NCBI GenBank assembly: GCA_963695855.1
Contig: CAVOHZ010000010.1
Location: 1,632,001 to 1,696,000, forward strand
Reading direction: 5' to 3'
Source: an uncultured Nitrososphaerales archaeon
GTDB lineage: Archaea; Thermoproteota; Nitrososphaeria; Nitrososphaerales; Nitrososphaeraceae
DNA: 64,000 nt
Made by a program: the position numbers and the translations under genes. Positions within the stretch are counted from its first letter, which is position 1, and every line of letters starts with the position of its first letter. The notes under the pieces are model-generated. The model worked only from the letters and a program-made list of their open reading frames with translations. It was not told the DNA's origin and searched no databases. This document shows, in pieces, positions 10,833 to 22,212 of this stretch.

Positions 10833-10993
10833 ATAAAAATCTATAATTATGTTCTAGAGGAATTATATTCATGATCTCATTTAGATCATCATTGACGTTT
10901 AATATGCTAATTTTAATTTATAACTATTTTTCACATTTATAATTCTGTTTATATTTTAAGATAGATAAAAATAATTAAATACAATAGCAAATT

Positions 10994-13063
10994 TTATGCC
11001 TTAGCATAATATCCTGATTTTCGTTCATATATCTGTCCATTTTGCATAGCTTTATTGATAAAATTCTTTGCATCATCTTCTGAAAATCTTCCCGTCTGTG
11101 TAAGTTCCTGAATAAAGTTTTTTTCTTCTACGTCATTCTTATCCTGTCCAGATAAAGCATTAAAAATTTCCATAAATAATTTCAATTTTGATATTTCACT
11201 TTGAGGTTTGCCATGTAAAACACCTAGATCTACTTTACCAGTATTAACATCCACTCCTGCAGTTTCTAACATAGTCTGTATCAAATAAATTGCTCGTTCT
11301 GCATCTTCTGAATCTACATAATCTTTTAATAATAATTTAGATCGTGCAGTTGCAAGTCTTACTAATCCTTCAAGCTGTCTTGGAGTGACGGTTATCATAC
11401 CCTCAGATTCTACATTTCTCATCTTCATGTAATAATCTCTTATCTTATCAATTGCTTCCACCGTTAATTTTGGTTCCATATTTTTTGAATAAGCAAGATA
11501 TTTGCTAAAGATATCTGTATCAATCACGGATTGACTATTTCTTTCTGTGTCTCTATGTATTTCTAGAATATGACTAGCAATAAGATTATCTTTTTCCCTT
11601 TCCGGCGTATCTCGTATCACATAAACGATATCAAATCGTGTCAGGAGTGGAATCGGTAAATTTATATTTTCTGTAATATTTTTGAACGGATCATATTTTC
11701 CATACAATGGATTGGCAGCTGCTAAAATCGAGGTTCTTGCATTTAGTGTTGCAACTATTCCTCCCTTTGCAACTGAACAAGTCTGCTGTTCCATAACTTC
11801 ATGAAGAGCTGAACGATCTTCAGGTTTTATTTTATCAAATTCATCTATGCACACTAATCCTTGATCCCCCAATACAACAGCTCCTGCTTCTAACATCATG
11901 ATGCCTGATTTATCTCTAATAACTGCAGCTGTCAGACCAGCAGCTGTTGTACCTCTCCCCGAAGTGTAAAGTCCTCGTGGAGCTATTTTAGCTGCAAATT
12001 TCAACATTTCAGATTTTGCTGTTCCTGGATCTCCGACTAAAAGAACGTTGATATCGCCCCTTCTTGCGGATCCATCATCTAATATTTTCGTTACTGATCC
12101 AACAATTAATAACAAGATCACTTCCTTAATCACTTCATGACCGTAAATATGTGGAGCATAAGATGATATCAAGATATCATAAGAATTACTTTTGTTTGCG
12201 AGTGCAAAAATACGTTTCTCATCTTCATTACTTATTTCTATCCGTTCCATCATTCTGTCATCTTTATCTCCAGCTCTACCTCCAAGATATTCTATATTAT
12301 TACCTTCCATCCTGAGTTTAAAGAGACTCGTCTTTACATATTGAGATAATTGTTCTTGCTCTATTCTTACAATTCCAGTGAGTAGAATTCTATCTCCGGG
12401 TCTGCATTGATCTACCAAGTCACCAATAACAGTAACTTCAAGATAATGTGGTAGATGACCCGCAGGAAGGTCTTCTGGTAGTTCCTGTAATCTTACCATT
12501 TGGAAATCAATAAAAATACTAGTATCTGGATCCATTTCTAATTCCTTTTCTGAACATTGTTTGCATTTTAATGGTTTTTTTAATACTAAACTTTTTAGTT
12601 GTGCTTCATTTATTTCACCACAACTAAGACATCTATAACCAATTTTTTTTGCTAAGGGTTTAACTTCAGACGTTCTTACTACCATACCAGAAACTCCAAT
12701 TAGCTTATTAATTGCTTCTGCATTTATTTCTCGTAACCCTTTTTGTACTGTATAATTTCCTATTCTAACTTTAATATTATTCGATATTTCTTCTGCATAA
12801 TCTGGATGAATTTCATGAAGTACAGAAAAAACTGCTTTGTTAAATGCTTCTAGCATCTCGTCTGGATCATCAGTAATCTTCTTTGCTAGATCAGGTTTGA
12901 ATGTATCAAAATCAATGTAATCAACTAATAGAGAAGTAGAATTTGCTGCCATCATGTTATTAATTCTATCAAAATATTTGTAATTTCTAGATCTATCTTT
13001 AAACGCACGTAAAAATTCTTCTAAATCATTAACTATAGCAGATTGAGTTTTAAGCTCAGCCAA
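10994..13063 (-). CDS. mcm: Replicative helicase MCM
   Basis: Zn finger, GDPGTAKS, TAAGLTAAV, CIDEFDK, LLTRFD, TPRQLE; no intein apparent. Confidence 0.97.
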   Translation of the reverse strand: MAELKTQSAIVNDLEEFLRAFKDRSRNYKYFDRINNMMAANSTSLLVDYIDFDTFKPDLAKKITDDPDEMLEAFNKAVFSVLHEIHPDYAEEISNNIKVRIGNYTVQKGLREINAEAINKLIGVSGMVVRTSEVKPLAKKIGYRCLSCGEINEAQLKSLVLKKPLKCKQCSEKELEMDPDTSIFIDFQMVRLQELPEDLPAGHLPHYLEVTVIGDLVDQCRPGDRILLTGIVRIEQEQLSQYVKTSLFKLRMEGNNIEYLGGRAGDKDDRMMERIEISNEDEKRIFALANKSNSYDILISSYAPHIYGHEVIKEVILLLIVGSVTKILDDGSARRGDINVLLVGDPGTAKSEMLKFAAKIAPRGLYTSGRGTTAAGLTAAVIRDKSGIMMLEAGAVVLGDQGLVCIDEFDKIKPEDRSALHEVMEQQTCSVAKGGIVATLNARTSILAAANPLYGKYDPFKNITENINLPIPLLTRFDIVYVIRDTPEREKDNLIASHILEIHRDTERNSQSVIDTDIFSKYLAYSKNMEPKLTVEAIDKIRDYYMKMRNVESEGMITVTPRQLEGLVRLATARSKLLLKDYVDSEDAERAIYLIQTMLETAGVDVNTGKVDLGVLHGKPQSEISKLKLFMEIFNALSGQDKNDVEEKNFIQELTQTGRFSEDDAKNFINKAMQNGQIYERKSGYYAKA

Positions 13064-13634
13064 GTTTGTTCACCGCCAATTGTTTAAATGAATAAGAAGA
13101 ATTATGAATGAAATTATACAGTTCTATTTCTTCCGCAGACAGCTTTCTTTCCAAGTCTGTTGTGAGAGATGACGCAGCAGCTAATTTAACAATTTTCTCT
13201 ATTCTTGAAGTTATAAAAGAATTGAGAGAAACTAATATAGATTCTTTTTCACTTTCCTTTAATCTTTTGATATAATCATTTACTCGTATATAAAAATCGA
13301 TGTCTATTCCGGATAAATCATGAGGTTTTGAAATTCTTTCGCGATTTAAAGATCTAGAGATATATACTAAAACATCAATATCTTGAATTTCTAGATTTCC
13401 ATTAGCTTCCAGAATTTTCGCTAGCCATCTAGGAATAGAAGTAATTTCACCATCTTTTCCCTCAAGAGAAAGATTATCTAAGTTTATTGAGACGTTTTTT
13501 TTAAAAGTTATTCTGATGTCTTCCATGAGATATTTTGCATAATAGAATTTTTGAATAAATTCTATCCTGTATTTGATATTATCGTAATTATAGATATTAT
13601 TAGTGTTATTATTTTCTGCCATCGTGTGACTCAT
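13056..13634 (-). CDS. GINS complex subunit (Gins23-like)
   Basis: IPRWLAKIL, DFY, LSAEEIELY; overlaps the mcm start. Confidence 0.8.
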   Translation of the reverse strand: MSHTMAENNNTNNIYNYDNIKYRIEFIQKFYYAKYLMEDIRITFKKNVSINLDNLSLEGKDGEITSIPRWLAKILEANGNLEIQDIDVLVYISRSLNRERISKPHDLSGIDIDFYIRVNDYIKRLKESEKESILVSLNSFITSRIEKIVKLAAASSLTTDLERKLSAEEIELYNFIHNSSYSFKQLAVNKLG

Positions 13635-13806
13635 CTGTTTTTATATGAAGACCATAATATTAAATCAACTTAGACTAACTATTTTTATTAACAAAACAAT
13701 TTTGTTGAAATGATTACGAATATATAATATTTTTAGAACTATAAAATCGATCTAATAGAAGATAAGAAGATATTAATAAACTTATTAAATTTATACTCTA
13801 TTTAGA

Positions 13807-14835
13807 ATGCCTCCAAATGTCAATGATACTAACATATCCGATTTAATGTGGGTAGAGAAATATCGGCCTAAAAAAATTGAACAGATAGTAAATCAAAAAG
13901 ATATTATAAGATCTCTAAAAAATTTGATTAAAAAACCAGATGAGATACCACACTTGTTGTTTGCGGGTGCTGCAGGTATTGGGAAAACTACTACAGCTTT
14001 ATGTTTATCAAAGGAATTATTGGGAGAGGGATGGAGAAGAGATGTTCTTGAGCTAAATGCTTCAGATGAAAGAGGTATAAAGATGGTTCGAGAACGTGTT
14101 AAGGAATTTGCTGCGGTAATCAAACTTCCGAGTGGAAAAGATTTGAAAGATCCTAGTAATAAAAATGACAGACAATATAGAATCATAATTCTTGACGAAG
14201 CAGATGAAATGACATCAGAAGCACAGACAGCATTAAGAAGGATAATTGAGGATAGCTCTAAAACAACAAGGTTTATTATAATATGTAATTATCTTTCACA
14301 AATAATTGAGCCTATTCAAAGTAGATGCGCAGTATTTCATTTTACTAAATTAGGGGAAAAAGAAATAGTAGAACATTTAAAGAAGATTTGTAATAGCGAA
14401 GGAATAGAATACAAGGATCAAGCTTTATTAAAGATTTATAACTACACAGAAGGGGATTTGAGACATTCGATTAATATACTTCAGACAACATCAGGATTTG
14501 GTGAAATCAATCTTTCAAATGTTAATGCAGCTATGGGATTATCAGGAAGATCAAAAATTGGTGAAGTGATAAAATTGTCTCTAGACGGTAAATTCGATGA
14601 TGCAAGAATCAACCTACTGGAATTATTATTTGTCTATGGATTATCGGCTGCGGATTTTTTCAAGTATTCTTATCAAGAAATAAAAGATATGAAACTTGAA
14701 AACATCGAAGAAATAATGTCGATAATGGCTGAATATGATTACAGATTATCGGTTGGAGCTCATTCAGAAATTCAACTAACTGCATTTCTTGCTCAATTAG
14801 CTAGAATAGGTTCTAACAATAAGTCAAAAAAATGA
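13807..14835 (+). CDS. rfcS: Replication factor C small subunit
   Basis: WVEKYRP, GIGKTT, ELNASDERG, LDEAD, IQSRC. Confidence 0.96.
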   Translation: MPPNVNDTNISDLMWVEKYRPKKIEQIVNQKDIIRSLKNLIKKPDEIPHLLFAGAAGIGKTTTALCLSKELLGEGWRRDVLELNASDERGIKMVRERVKEFAAVIKLPSGKDLKDPSNKNDRQYRIIILDEADEMTSEAQTALRRIIEDSSKTTRFIIICNYLSQIIEPIQSRCAVFHFTKLGEKEIVEHLKKICNSEGIEYKDQALLKIYNYTEGDLRHSINILQTTSGFGEINLSNVNAAMGLSGRSKIGEVIKLSLDGKFDDARINLLELLFVYGLSAADFFKYSYQEIKDMKLENIEEIMSIMAEYDYRLSVGAHSEIQLTAFLAQLARIGSNNKSKK

Positions 14836-14886
14836 AATGTCAACGAGAGTATTTTATTATGTTAATTTAATAAATATATTAAAAGT

Positions 14887-15621
14887 ATGTCTTTTATGTT
14901 AAACAGATCGGATAAATCTTCACAGTCTGTAGTTTGTATTGTTAGCGGTGGTTTGGATTCTATCTGCACTGCTGCTTATTTGAGAAAACAAAATTTCAAC
15001 TTGTATATCGTAACGTTTAGTTATGGTCAGAGGGCCATACATGAGATAGAATGTGCTAAGAAATTTTCAGATTATCTGAATTTTAAAGAACACAAGATTG
15101 TTGATATATCGTTTATGAAAGAAATTTATGGAGAAACAAATGTTTTAACTGACAAACAACAGAATATTCCAGAAAATTTTGATTATAAAATAGTTGTACC
15201 TCTAAGAAATGGGATATTTATTACTATTGCTACTGCATGGGCTATGAGTATTGGAGCGAAAATAGTTGTTTACGGGGCTCATAGTGATGATCATAATTAT
15301 CCAGACTGTAGGCCGGAATTTGCTTTATCCCTTAGTAAGGCTTTAAATTTAGGAGAGAGTGATGGGATTGCTCTGGGATTCCGTAATAAAGTTGAAATTT
15401 GGTCTCCAGCTCTAGATAGAATAGATAAATCAAATCTGATAAAAATGGGGTATGAATATTTAGGAGATAAAATCTTTGAGACATGGAGTTGCTATTCAGA
15501 TGGTATCAACATCGGAGAAAGAAGAATACATTGTGGTATTTGTGAATCGTGTATAAATAGAAGAAAAGCTTTTAAAAATTCCAATATACGTGACAAAACA
15601 GAATATGCTTACAAAAGATAA
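14887..15621 (+). CDS. queC: 7-cyano-7-deazaguanine synthase QueC
   Basis: SGGLDS, YGQR, VPLRN, YPDCR, TWSCY...CGICESC. Confidence 0.95.
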   Translation: MSFMLNRSDKSSQSVVCIVSGGLDSICTAAYLRKQNFNLYIVTFSYGQRAIHEIECAKKFSDYLNFKEHKIVDISFMKEIYGETNVLTDKQQNIPENFDYKIVVPLRNGIFITIATAWAMSIGAKIVVYGAHSDDHNYPDCRPEFALSLSKALNLGESDGIALGFRNKVEIWSPALDRIDKSNLIKMGYEYLGDKIFETWSCYSDGINIGERRIHCGICESCINRRKAFKNSNIRDKTEYAYKR

Positions 15622-16336
15622 AAAAGTGCAACTTAGTGAAATATTTACAAGTATTGAAGGCGAAGGAATTTTCTTCGGTACAAAGACCATGTTCGTTAGA
15701 ATGGCAGGTTGTCATTTGAGATGTTACTGGTGTGATACCAGCTATGCTTTACCATTGACTAGTGGAAATTCTTATCATATTGATGAGGTAAAAAAAATGA
15801 TCAAGGAGAATTTAAAAGAAAACACATACAAAATTAATTTTACTGGTGGAGAACCTCTAATTCAATATAGAGCAGTAAAAGAGTTAGCAAGATTCATCAA
15901 AGATGAGATAGGTTTAAGAACATATATAGAATCTTCTTGTTATGATTTTAATAGATTTAACGAGATTATTCCCTATTTTGATATTTGTAAGATTGAATTT
16001 AAAATGAAGGATTCAATGGTGGTTGAACCTGAACATTATTATAATCTTCTAGAAAATGAATTAGAATGTTTGAAGATAGCCATTAAAAATAATAAAATTA
16101 CTTATATCAAAATCGTGGTTTCAAATAATACAGATATTAATGAATTCAAGAAATTGATAGATACCATTTTCAGTATCATACATGCAGAGAGCCTAGCAGG
16201 ATTTATAATACAGCCTACTACTAAGATAGATGAACCAACTGTGGATAATTTGTTGAAATTTTATGATCTGATTTATCCAAGGTATAATGATGTTAGGGTT
16301 ATTCCTCAGTTACACAAAGTAATAGGAGCAAGTTAA
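15605..16336 (+). CDS. queE: 7-carboxy-7-deazaguanine synthase QueE (radical SAM)
   Basis: EIFTSIEGEG, GCHLRCYWCDT, TGGEP, IPQLHK. Confidence 0.93.
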   Translation: MLTKDKKVQLSEIFTSIEGEGIFFGTKTMFVRMAGCHLRCYWCDTSYALPLTSGNSYHIDEVKKMIKENLKENTYKINFTGGEPLIQYRAVKELARFIKDEIGLRTYIESSCYDFNRFNEIIPYFDICKIEFKMKDSMVVEPEHYYNLLENELECLKIAIKNNKITYIKIVVSNNTDINEFKKLIDTIFSIIHAESLAGFIIQPTTKIDEPTVDNLLKFYDLIYPRYNDVRVIPQLHKVIGAS

Positions 16337-16343
16337 ATAAAGA

Positions 16344-16937
16344 ATGTCCAATAAAAGGATACAAAAAACTGGGATACAAAAAACTGGTTTTATGAACAAA
16401 AATAAAATTGAGAAGATAATACGACAGTTGCTTATAGAATTAGGAGAAAATCCCAATAGAGAAGGATTGGTTGAGACGCCTAGACGTATTGCAGGTATGT
16501 ATGAAGAGATTTTTTGTGGATATGGAATGAGTTCCGAGCTGGATGTAAGCTTCAGTGAAGAAACTAATGCAATAATTGCAAGAGATATACAATTCTACAG
16601 TATGTGTGAACATCACATGCTTCCATTTTACGGAAAAATTCACATAGCATATATTCCAAATGGAAAGGTATTTGGTATATCAAAACTTGTCAGACTGACT
16701 GAAAAGTATTCTAGGAGAATGCAAATACAAGAAAGATTGACTAAGGAGATTGCTGATGAAATAGCCAAAAGAGATGTATCGGGTGTACTAGTAATAATTG
16801 AAGGGGAACATCTTTGTATGAAAATGAGAGGAGTTAGAAATAATAGTTCAATACTAACAGTTGCATATAGGGGCATATTTGAAGAGAAAGACCTTAGAGA
16901 AAACTGTACTTTCCTTAATCTATACAAGGCAAAATAA
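16344..16937 (+). CDS. folE: GTP cyclohydrolase I
   Basis: REGLVETPRR, SMCEHHMLPF, QIQERLT, HLCMKMRG. Confidence 0.95.
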   Translation: MSNKRIQKTGIQKTGFMNKNKIEKIIRQLLIELGENPNREGLVETPRRIAGMYEEIFCGYGMSSELDVSFSEETNAIIARDIQFYSMCEHHMLPFYGKIHIAYIPNGKVFGISKLVRLTEKYSRRMQIQERLTKEIADEIAKRDVSGVLVIIEGEHLCMKMRGVRNNSSILTVAYRGIFEEKDLRENCTFLNLYKAK

Positions 16938-17077
16938 TATAAGAAATATATAAAAAATCTCGAGTTTGTGTATATTTAATGATTTTTGATTATGAAAAAT
17001 AGAGAGAGCAGAAATTCTTTTATAATTTTTATAATGAGAAGGCTTATAATAAAGTAAATTTTTTATAGGTAAGAAGA

Positions 17078-17347
17078 ATGGCAGAAGCGATCTTTAGAGT
17101 CCAGTCTCATAAGTTCACTCAAGACAACATTCAAGGAACATTAGTTTGTTCAAAATGTGATGAGGTATTCTCCAAGGAATTTTTACTAGATCTTGAGGGA
17201 CAAACTACAGAATTTAAGTGTCCAGTTTGTGGAGTTACTGGTGAGGCTGATCTACCTTTTAAGACTGCTGAAGAGAGAGAAGAATTTGATGAAGATTTGG
17301 ATGAAGTTGAAGAAGAGAATGGTGATGAATTTGATGAAGAATATTAA
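17078..17347 (+). CDS. Small zinc-ribbon protein with acidic tail
   Basis: CSKC...CPVC followed by E/D-rich tail. Confidence 0.75.
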   Translation: MAEAIFRVQSHKFTQDNIQGTLVCSKCDEVFSKEFLLDLEGQTTEFKCPVCGVTGEADLPFKTAEEREEFDEDLDEVEEENGDEFDEEY

Positions 17348-17431
17348 AGAAAGTACATTTAATAAAGAAATTTTTTATCACCACGAACTATTTTGATAAA
17401 AATAATAAACTACTAAATTAATTTATTTATT

Positions 17432-17551
17432 ATGATTCAATGTCAAAAATGTGGAAGGGTCAAATTTTATTCTTTTAATTTTATCTTCTCGAAATTTATT
17501 TGTAATGAGTGTTATTTAATAATCAAAGAAAAAGAAGATCAAGTAAAATGA
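17432..17551 (+). CDS. 39-aa zinc-finger micro-protein (not in ORF track)
   Basis: MIQCQKCGRVKFYSFNFIFSKFICNECYLIIKEKEDQVK. Confidence 0.45.
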   Translation: MIQCQKCGRVKFYSFNFIFSKFICNECYLIIKEKEDQVK

Positions 17552-17593
17552 AGTAAAGCTTTTCTTAGAACTACGTATATAATAAATATGGTA

Positions 17594-18061
17594 TTATTGT
17601 TTTGAACCACATTTTATACAAAATTTAGAATTATATTTGAGTTTAATACCACATTCAATACAAAATTTTAGTTCTTGATTCTTGGAGTTTGATAGAAAAT
17701 TAGAATCAGCTGTACCAGTTTTTTTTAGAAAATGATCATCATCAGTATATTTATTCTCGGAAGATGATGAATCTGTTCTGTTAAACATATCAATAATTGC
17801 TCCTGTTGGTCGAAAACTTTCATCCACATCAGGCAACAAACTGGTATAAATACTATTATCATTGTTTGATTCATTATCCTCTGGAATATCCTTTTTAGTT
17901 TCTAAAAAGAGCATTAATCTTGGTACTTGTTCCCCCTGAAATTCTATAATTTCGGATAACCAATAAACAAACTTTTTTAATGTCATTTCTGGAGTAGAAA
18001 AGGTTAGAGTATGTGTAGACATATATTCTTCTGCTGCGGATTTACCATTAAATAGTTTCAT
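17594..18061 (-). CDS. Zinc-ribbon domain protein
   Basis: C-terminal FCIECG...KFCIKCG. Confidence 0.8.
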   Translation of the reverse strand: MKLFNGKSAAEEYMSTHTLTFSTPEMTLKKFVYWLSEIIEFQGEQVPRLMLFLETKKDIPEDNESNNDNSIYTSLLPDVDESFRPTGAIIDMFNRTDSSSSENKYTDDDHFLKKTGTADSNFLSNSKNQELKFCIECGIKLKYNSKFCIKCGSKQ

Positions 18062-18094
18062 GATTATTAAATAAATATCACTGGTTGTTTTTAA

Positions 18095-18628
18095 TTATTG
18101 CGAATTACCGCATTTACTGCAAAATTTTGCTTTGGCTGGAATAGATATTCCGCATACAATACAATTTTTGATTTTTTTATCATCTGCAATACCAAGTGGA
18201 ATAGATTTTGCATCTGTAGGACTGGATCTTTCAAGTTCACTATCTGCTGGACGAAGACTAGGTTCGATTGTAGAAATTGTCTTTCCTCCTACCTGACCTC
18301 CACCGCTAACAAATCCTCCGATTCCGAAATCGGTTGAACCTCCTTTAGATGAGGGATCAACAAATTCTCCAGTTGAACTCTTTAATGAAGAGCCCTTATC
18401 AAATGCTAATTTTAATTCTAGTATAACTTTAACAGCTAAAAAATTCAAGGCTGAGCTTGCAATTAGATACTTGCCGATGCTTGCAAAATATTCTTTATCA
18501 TTCATTTTACCTTGTTTGAATCGTTGAGTAGAATCAAGTAAAGATTCATATTTATTTTGAGTATCATCAATTAATTGTTTTAATTTTTCAGTTAATCCTC
18601 CCAGAGTATCTACACCAAAAGTTGCCAT
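18095..18628 (-). CDS. Zinc-ribbon domain protein
   Basis: C-terminal CIVCG...KFCSKCG. Confidence 0.8.
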   Translation of the reverse strand: MATFGVDTLGGLTEKLKQLIDDTQNKYESLLDSTQRFKQGKMNDKEYFASIGKYLIASSALNFLAVKVILELKLAFDKGSSLKSSTGEFVDPSSKGGSTDFGIGGFVSGGGQVGGKTISTIEPSLRPADSELERSSPTDAKSIPLGIADDKKIKNCIVCGISIPAKAKFCSKCGNSQ

Positions 18629-19087
18629 AAATAGAAGATGGATAGATTGGGTTTAATAAAGTTTGGATGAAAATTTAAGTTATTTGTTGTTGTTATTAAT
18701 TTGAATAACTTTATTACATGATATATTCTTCGTTATGTAAGAATATGGTGAAAACATAATATATTCTAGAATATATATTCATAGTCCGTTGGTTTTTAAC
18801 ACTTTCGTGGTAATCATTAGAATTCTTTATTCTAATAGATTCTTTTCAAGAGATCTTTCTGGTATATAGGATCTAGCTGATTACAACAGATCAATTATTT
18901 ATAAATTGAATAATGTAATAAAGTCAAACGTATTGTGAACAACAAATATCAACAACAAAACGGAGATTATAGAGACAGTATATATTATCTTAATAAATAT
19001 AAAATTCATGAAAAAAAACTTCATGTTATGTAGGATTTTCTTTTTAATTGAGAAAAAGGATTATGATTATTCAATTAGAAATATTTT

Positions 19088-19522
19088 ATGGAGCTGATTA
19101 ATAAAATATATCCGTATAGATCTTCAATTTCAAAATATTTTAAGATTTTGGATTTAATTATTATAGGCTTAGTAATTTTTATTTTGCTTGGTTTTTTTGC
19201 ATATGATTACAAATTTTTCGGTTTTAATGAACAAATAATAAATATTCCACATAATTTAAAATACTATTTTGATTCATTACTTTGGATCTTATTCATAGTT
19301 TTAACATTAGATTTATATTTGAAATATAAAGTTACTAGGAATTGGAAAGTTTTTATAAAAAAATATTGGATAGATGTTACAATGACTATATTGATACCAA
19401 TTCTTTATCCTTTTAAATTTATAAAAGTCTCGATTAAAACTTACAAAATGATAAAAACAGCAAAATATACGATCAAAATAGCCCAAAAAATTAAAAAGAT
19501 TAAATATTTTTTTAAGAGATAA
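19088..19522 (+). CDS. Membrane protein resembling a stand-alone voltage-sensor (S1-S4) domain
   Basis: TM helices, S2-like LTLDLYLKY, S3-like KKYWID, Lys about every third residue in the last helix; no pore motif. Confidence 0.55.
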   Translation: MELINKIYPYRSSISKYFKILDLIIIGLVIFILLGFFAYDYKFFGFNEQIINIPHNLKYYFDSLLWILFIVLTLDLYLKYKVTRNWKVFIKKYWIDVTMTILIPILYPFKFIKVSIKTYKMIKTAKYTIKIAQKIKKIKYFFKR

Positions 19523-20178
19523 GATAAGATTGTACATGAATTTAAAAGTGATATATATTTATGCACTGAAGTTTTGTTAAATCTCCTCGTAAAATTAGTG
19601 ATTCTGATTTGAGCTCAGCTCCTTTTTTATTAATTGTACCATTAGGATCGAATTTAAAAAGATAAAATTTTTTTTGTTGATGTTATACATAATTTTTTAA
19701 GGCGGTCCGCACTCTAGAAAATTTGATAATTTATGAAAAAATGTTGCTGTTTGACTATCGAATGAGAGATAGGATATTTTATTGATATTATCAAAAATTA
19801 TATCTTTCTAATTATTGATTTCCTAGATTATAGAATATATAGTAGTTATTTCAATAATTGCTACAAGTGTTCATATGATTTTAGATCTTTCTGATCTTTC
19901 TTTTTATCAATTATTTATCTCCTAAAATTGACATAATGATAAATATTCCTCCACGTGGAACATAAATAAAATGGGAATACAATTATTGGAGGATTGGAAC
20001 TGCATCAAGGAGAAACATTTAAAAAATTCGAAATAATCCGAAAAATCAGTCCGTATCATCTGGAAATCATATCCAAAGCAGGTAGTATCGGCTCATCTCA
20101 TACATTCCAACGATAAAAAATAGAAGCGAAGAAATTAAAGTTTCATTTATTACAATATTGTGGTTATCTGATCTGTTA

Positions 20179-20463
20179 TTATGTTGCCTTTTCGATCTCG
20201 TTACAAAAAAAATAACATACCGTATACTCATGATCACGATTATAAAATCTACTTATACAACAATCTGAAACTTCATAAGATTCACCATCTTTCACTTTTA
20301 ATAATAGTTGGTATTTTGGAATTTCTGATACAGAATCTTTGATTTTCATAGCTATTTCCTTTAATAGAGGATCTGATGATGAAATAAGAAAATGACCTTC
20401 ATATCGAGCTGTGATTCCAGGAAAATAGAAAAATTCCTGAACATTCAACACTCTATTTAACAT
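20179..20463 (-). CDS. Hypothetical protein
   Basis: 94-aa ATG ORF with protein-like composition. Confidence 0.6.
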   Translation of the reverse strand: MLNRVLNVQEFFYFPGITARYEGHFLISSSDPLLKEIAMKIKDSVSEIPKYQLLLKVKDGESYEVSDCCISRFYNRDHEYTVCYFFCNEIEKAT

Positions 20464-20843
20464 AAAAAAATGAGTGATCTTATATTATTTAAATTAAAGC
20501 TTTAAAATTCATATTTCAATAATATCTTTTTAAAAATGAAGAATAATAATGTAATATAAATTTAACATTTAGTACCGGTAAATTAGTTATATGAAAGTTT
20601 TATTATAAAATTTTATATTATACGTTTTGTCTTTTTAAATATATATCTTCATAAAATAATATTGTCATGAAAAGAACGATACAAAATTCGGTTTACTGTC
20701 ATATTCTAATATTTGATTATGGAAATTATTTAGATTATTATATTAGATTAAGAAAACATGAATAATTTTCTAGATTGATTGTCAATACAAAAATTTTAAA
20801 AAGTATTAATAAATTCATTTGATTTTTTCATTATTAAATAAAA

Positions 20844-22199
20844 ATGAAATATAGAAAGATTGCCAATTATGATTTTATGATATTACTCATTTTTTTATCT
20901 AGCGTATTACTATTTCCTAACATGTTAGGACAAGTTGATAGTCAGATAGAGATCAACAAAACAGATAAATCTATTTTTATGAACAATAACCAAAATCAAA
21001 ATTATATTGATGATGAAAGTATAAAAATCCCTAATCAATTTATTATTTACCTTAGGGATACTGATTACAATGGTTTAAATTCTATCGATCCATTAGAATT
21101 TTATGAAGAGGAATTAAAAAATACTGGAACAGAATTATTATTTACATACAACCATGTAGCAAAGGGTTTGGCTATAAAGATTCCCGATGAAGGTGTTTTA
21201 GAACTACTAAAAAGTAATCCAGTTGTAGAATACATAGGCCAAGATAAAATAGTATCAATTTTTGATCATCCGAAAACATTTGCTCAACAAACTGGACAAG
21301 AATTGCCTATGGGAATTGATAGAGTAGACGGGGATTTAAATTTTATTCAAGATGACATGCATTCGGTTAATGCTGACATTGCAATTTTAGATACAGGAAT
21401 AGATTTACATCACAATGATTTAAATGTATATCAACAAACAACATTTATTCCTGGAACAAATACAGCGGATGATGATCATGGACACGGTACACATATTGCT
21501 GGAATAGCTGCTGCTAAGAATAATTCTTTTGGTACTGTAGGTATAGCACCAGGAGCTAGACTGTGGGCAATAAAAGTTCTTGAGGAAAATGGAGCAGGAG
21601 ATATTTCTACCTTAATCAAGGGTTTAGACTATGTAGTACAAAATTCAGATCAGATCGATGTAGCAGTATTAAGTCTTGGATGTGAATGTAACTCTAGAGC
21701 TTTGAATATAGCAGTAAACCACGCAGTTAATGCAGGGGTAACACTTGTTGTTGCCGCGGGAAACGATGGAAAAAATGCACGAACATTTTCTCCAGCTAAT
21801 AATCCCAATGTCATAGCTGTTTCTGCAATTGTAGATACAGATGGGAAGTGCGGAGGAAATGGACCGAGTACAATGTACGGAGCAGATGATACCTTAGCAA
21901 GTTTTAGTAATTATGGGGATGTAGTAGATATTGCTGCACCTGGTGTAGAGATTTTTTCTACATACAAATCTGGTTCATATGCTAGTTTAACGGGTACTAG
22001 TATGGCTGCTCCTCACGTTGCTGGAGCTGCAGCATTATACATAAGTACACATCAAAATTCATCACCGGCAGAAGTCAAAGATCATTTAATTGCATCAGGA
22101 TCACATATATCAGATTTTTGTGATGGGAATGGTCTTGGATATTTTTCAGCAGATAAAGATAATTTTCATGAGCCATTATTGTATGTAGCTAATAAATAG
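20844..22199 (+). CDS. Secreted S8 subtilisin-like serine protease with prodomain
   Basis: Signal peptide; ILDTG, HGTHIAG, AAGN, GTSMAAPHVAG. Confidence 0.95.
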   Translation: MKYRKIANYDFMILLIFLSSVLLFPNMLGQVDSQIEINKTDKSIFMNNNQNQNYIDDESIKIPNQFIIYLRDTDYNGLNSIDPLEFYEEELKNTGTELLFTYNHVAKGLAIKIPDEGVLELLKSNPVVEYIGQDKIVSIFDHPKTFAQQTGQELPMGIDRVDGDLNFIQDDMHSVNADIAILDTGIDLHHNDLNVYQQTTFIPGTNTADDDHGHGTHIAGIAAAKNNSFGTVGIAPGARLWAIKVLEENGAGDISTLIKGLDYVVQNSDQIDVAVLSLGCECNSRALNIAVNHAVNAGVTLVVAAGNDGKNARTFSPANNPNVIAVSAIVDTDGKCGGNGPSTMYGADDTLASFSNYGDVVDIAAPGVEIFSTYKSGSYASLTGTSMAAPHVAGAAALYISTHQNSSPAEVKDHLIASGSHISDFCDGNGLGYFSADKDNFHEPLLYVANK

Positions 22200-22212
22200 A
22201 ATTATAATAAAT

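Noticed and set aside
613-16927. Many 60-105 aa antisense ORFs over housekeeping genes
   Set aside because: Shadow ORFs of well-supported genes on the other strand
14887-16937. queC-queE-folE as a Dpd-type DNA modification system
   Set aside because: Core context beside rfc/mcm and no dpdA; best explained as preQ0 supply for archaeosine
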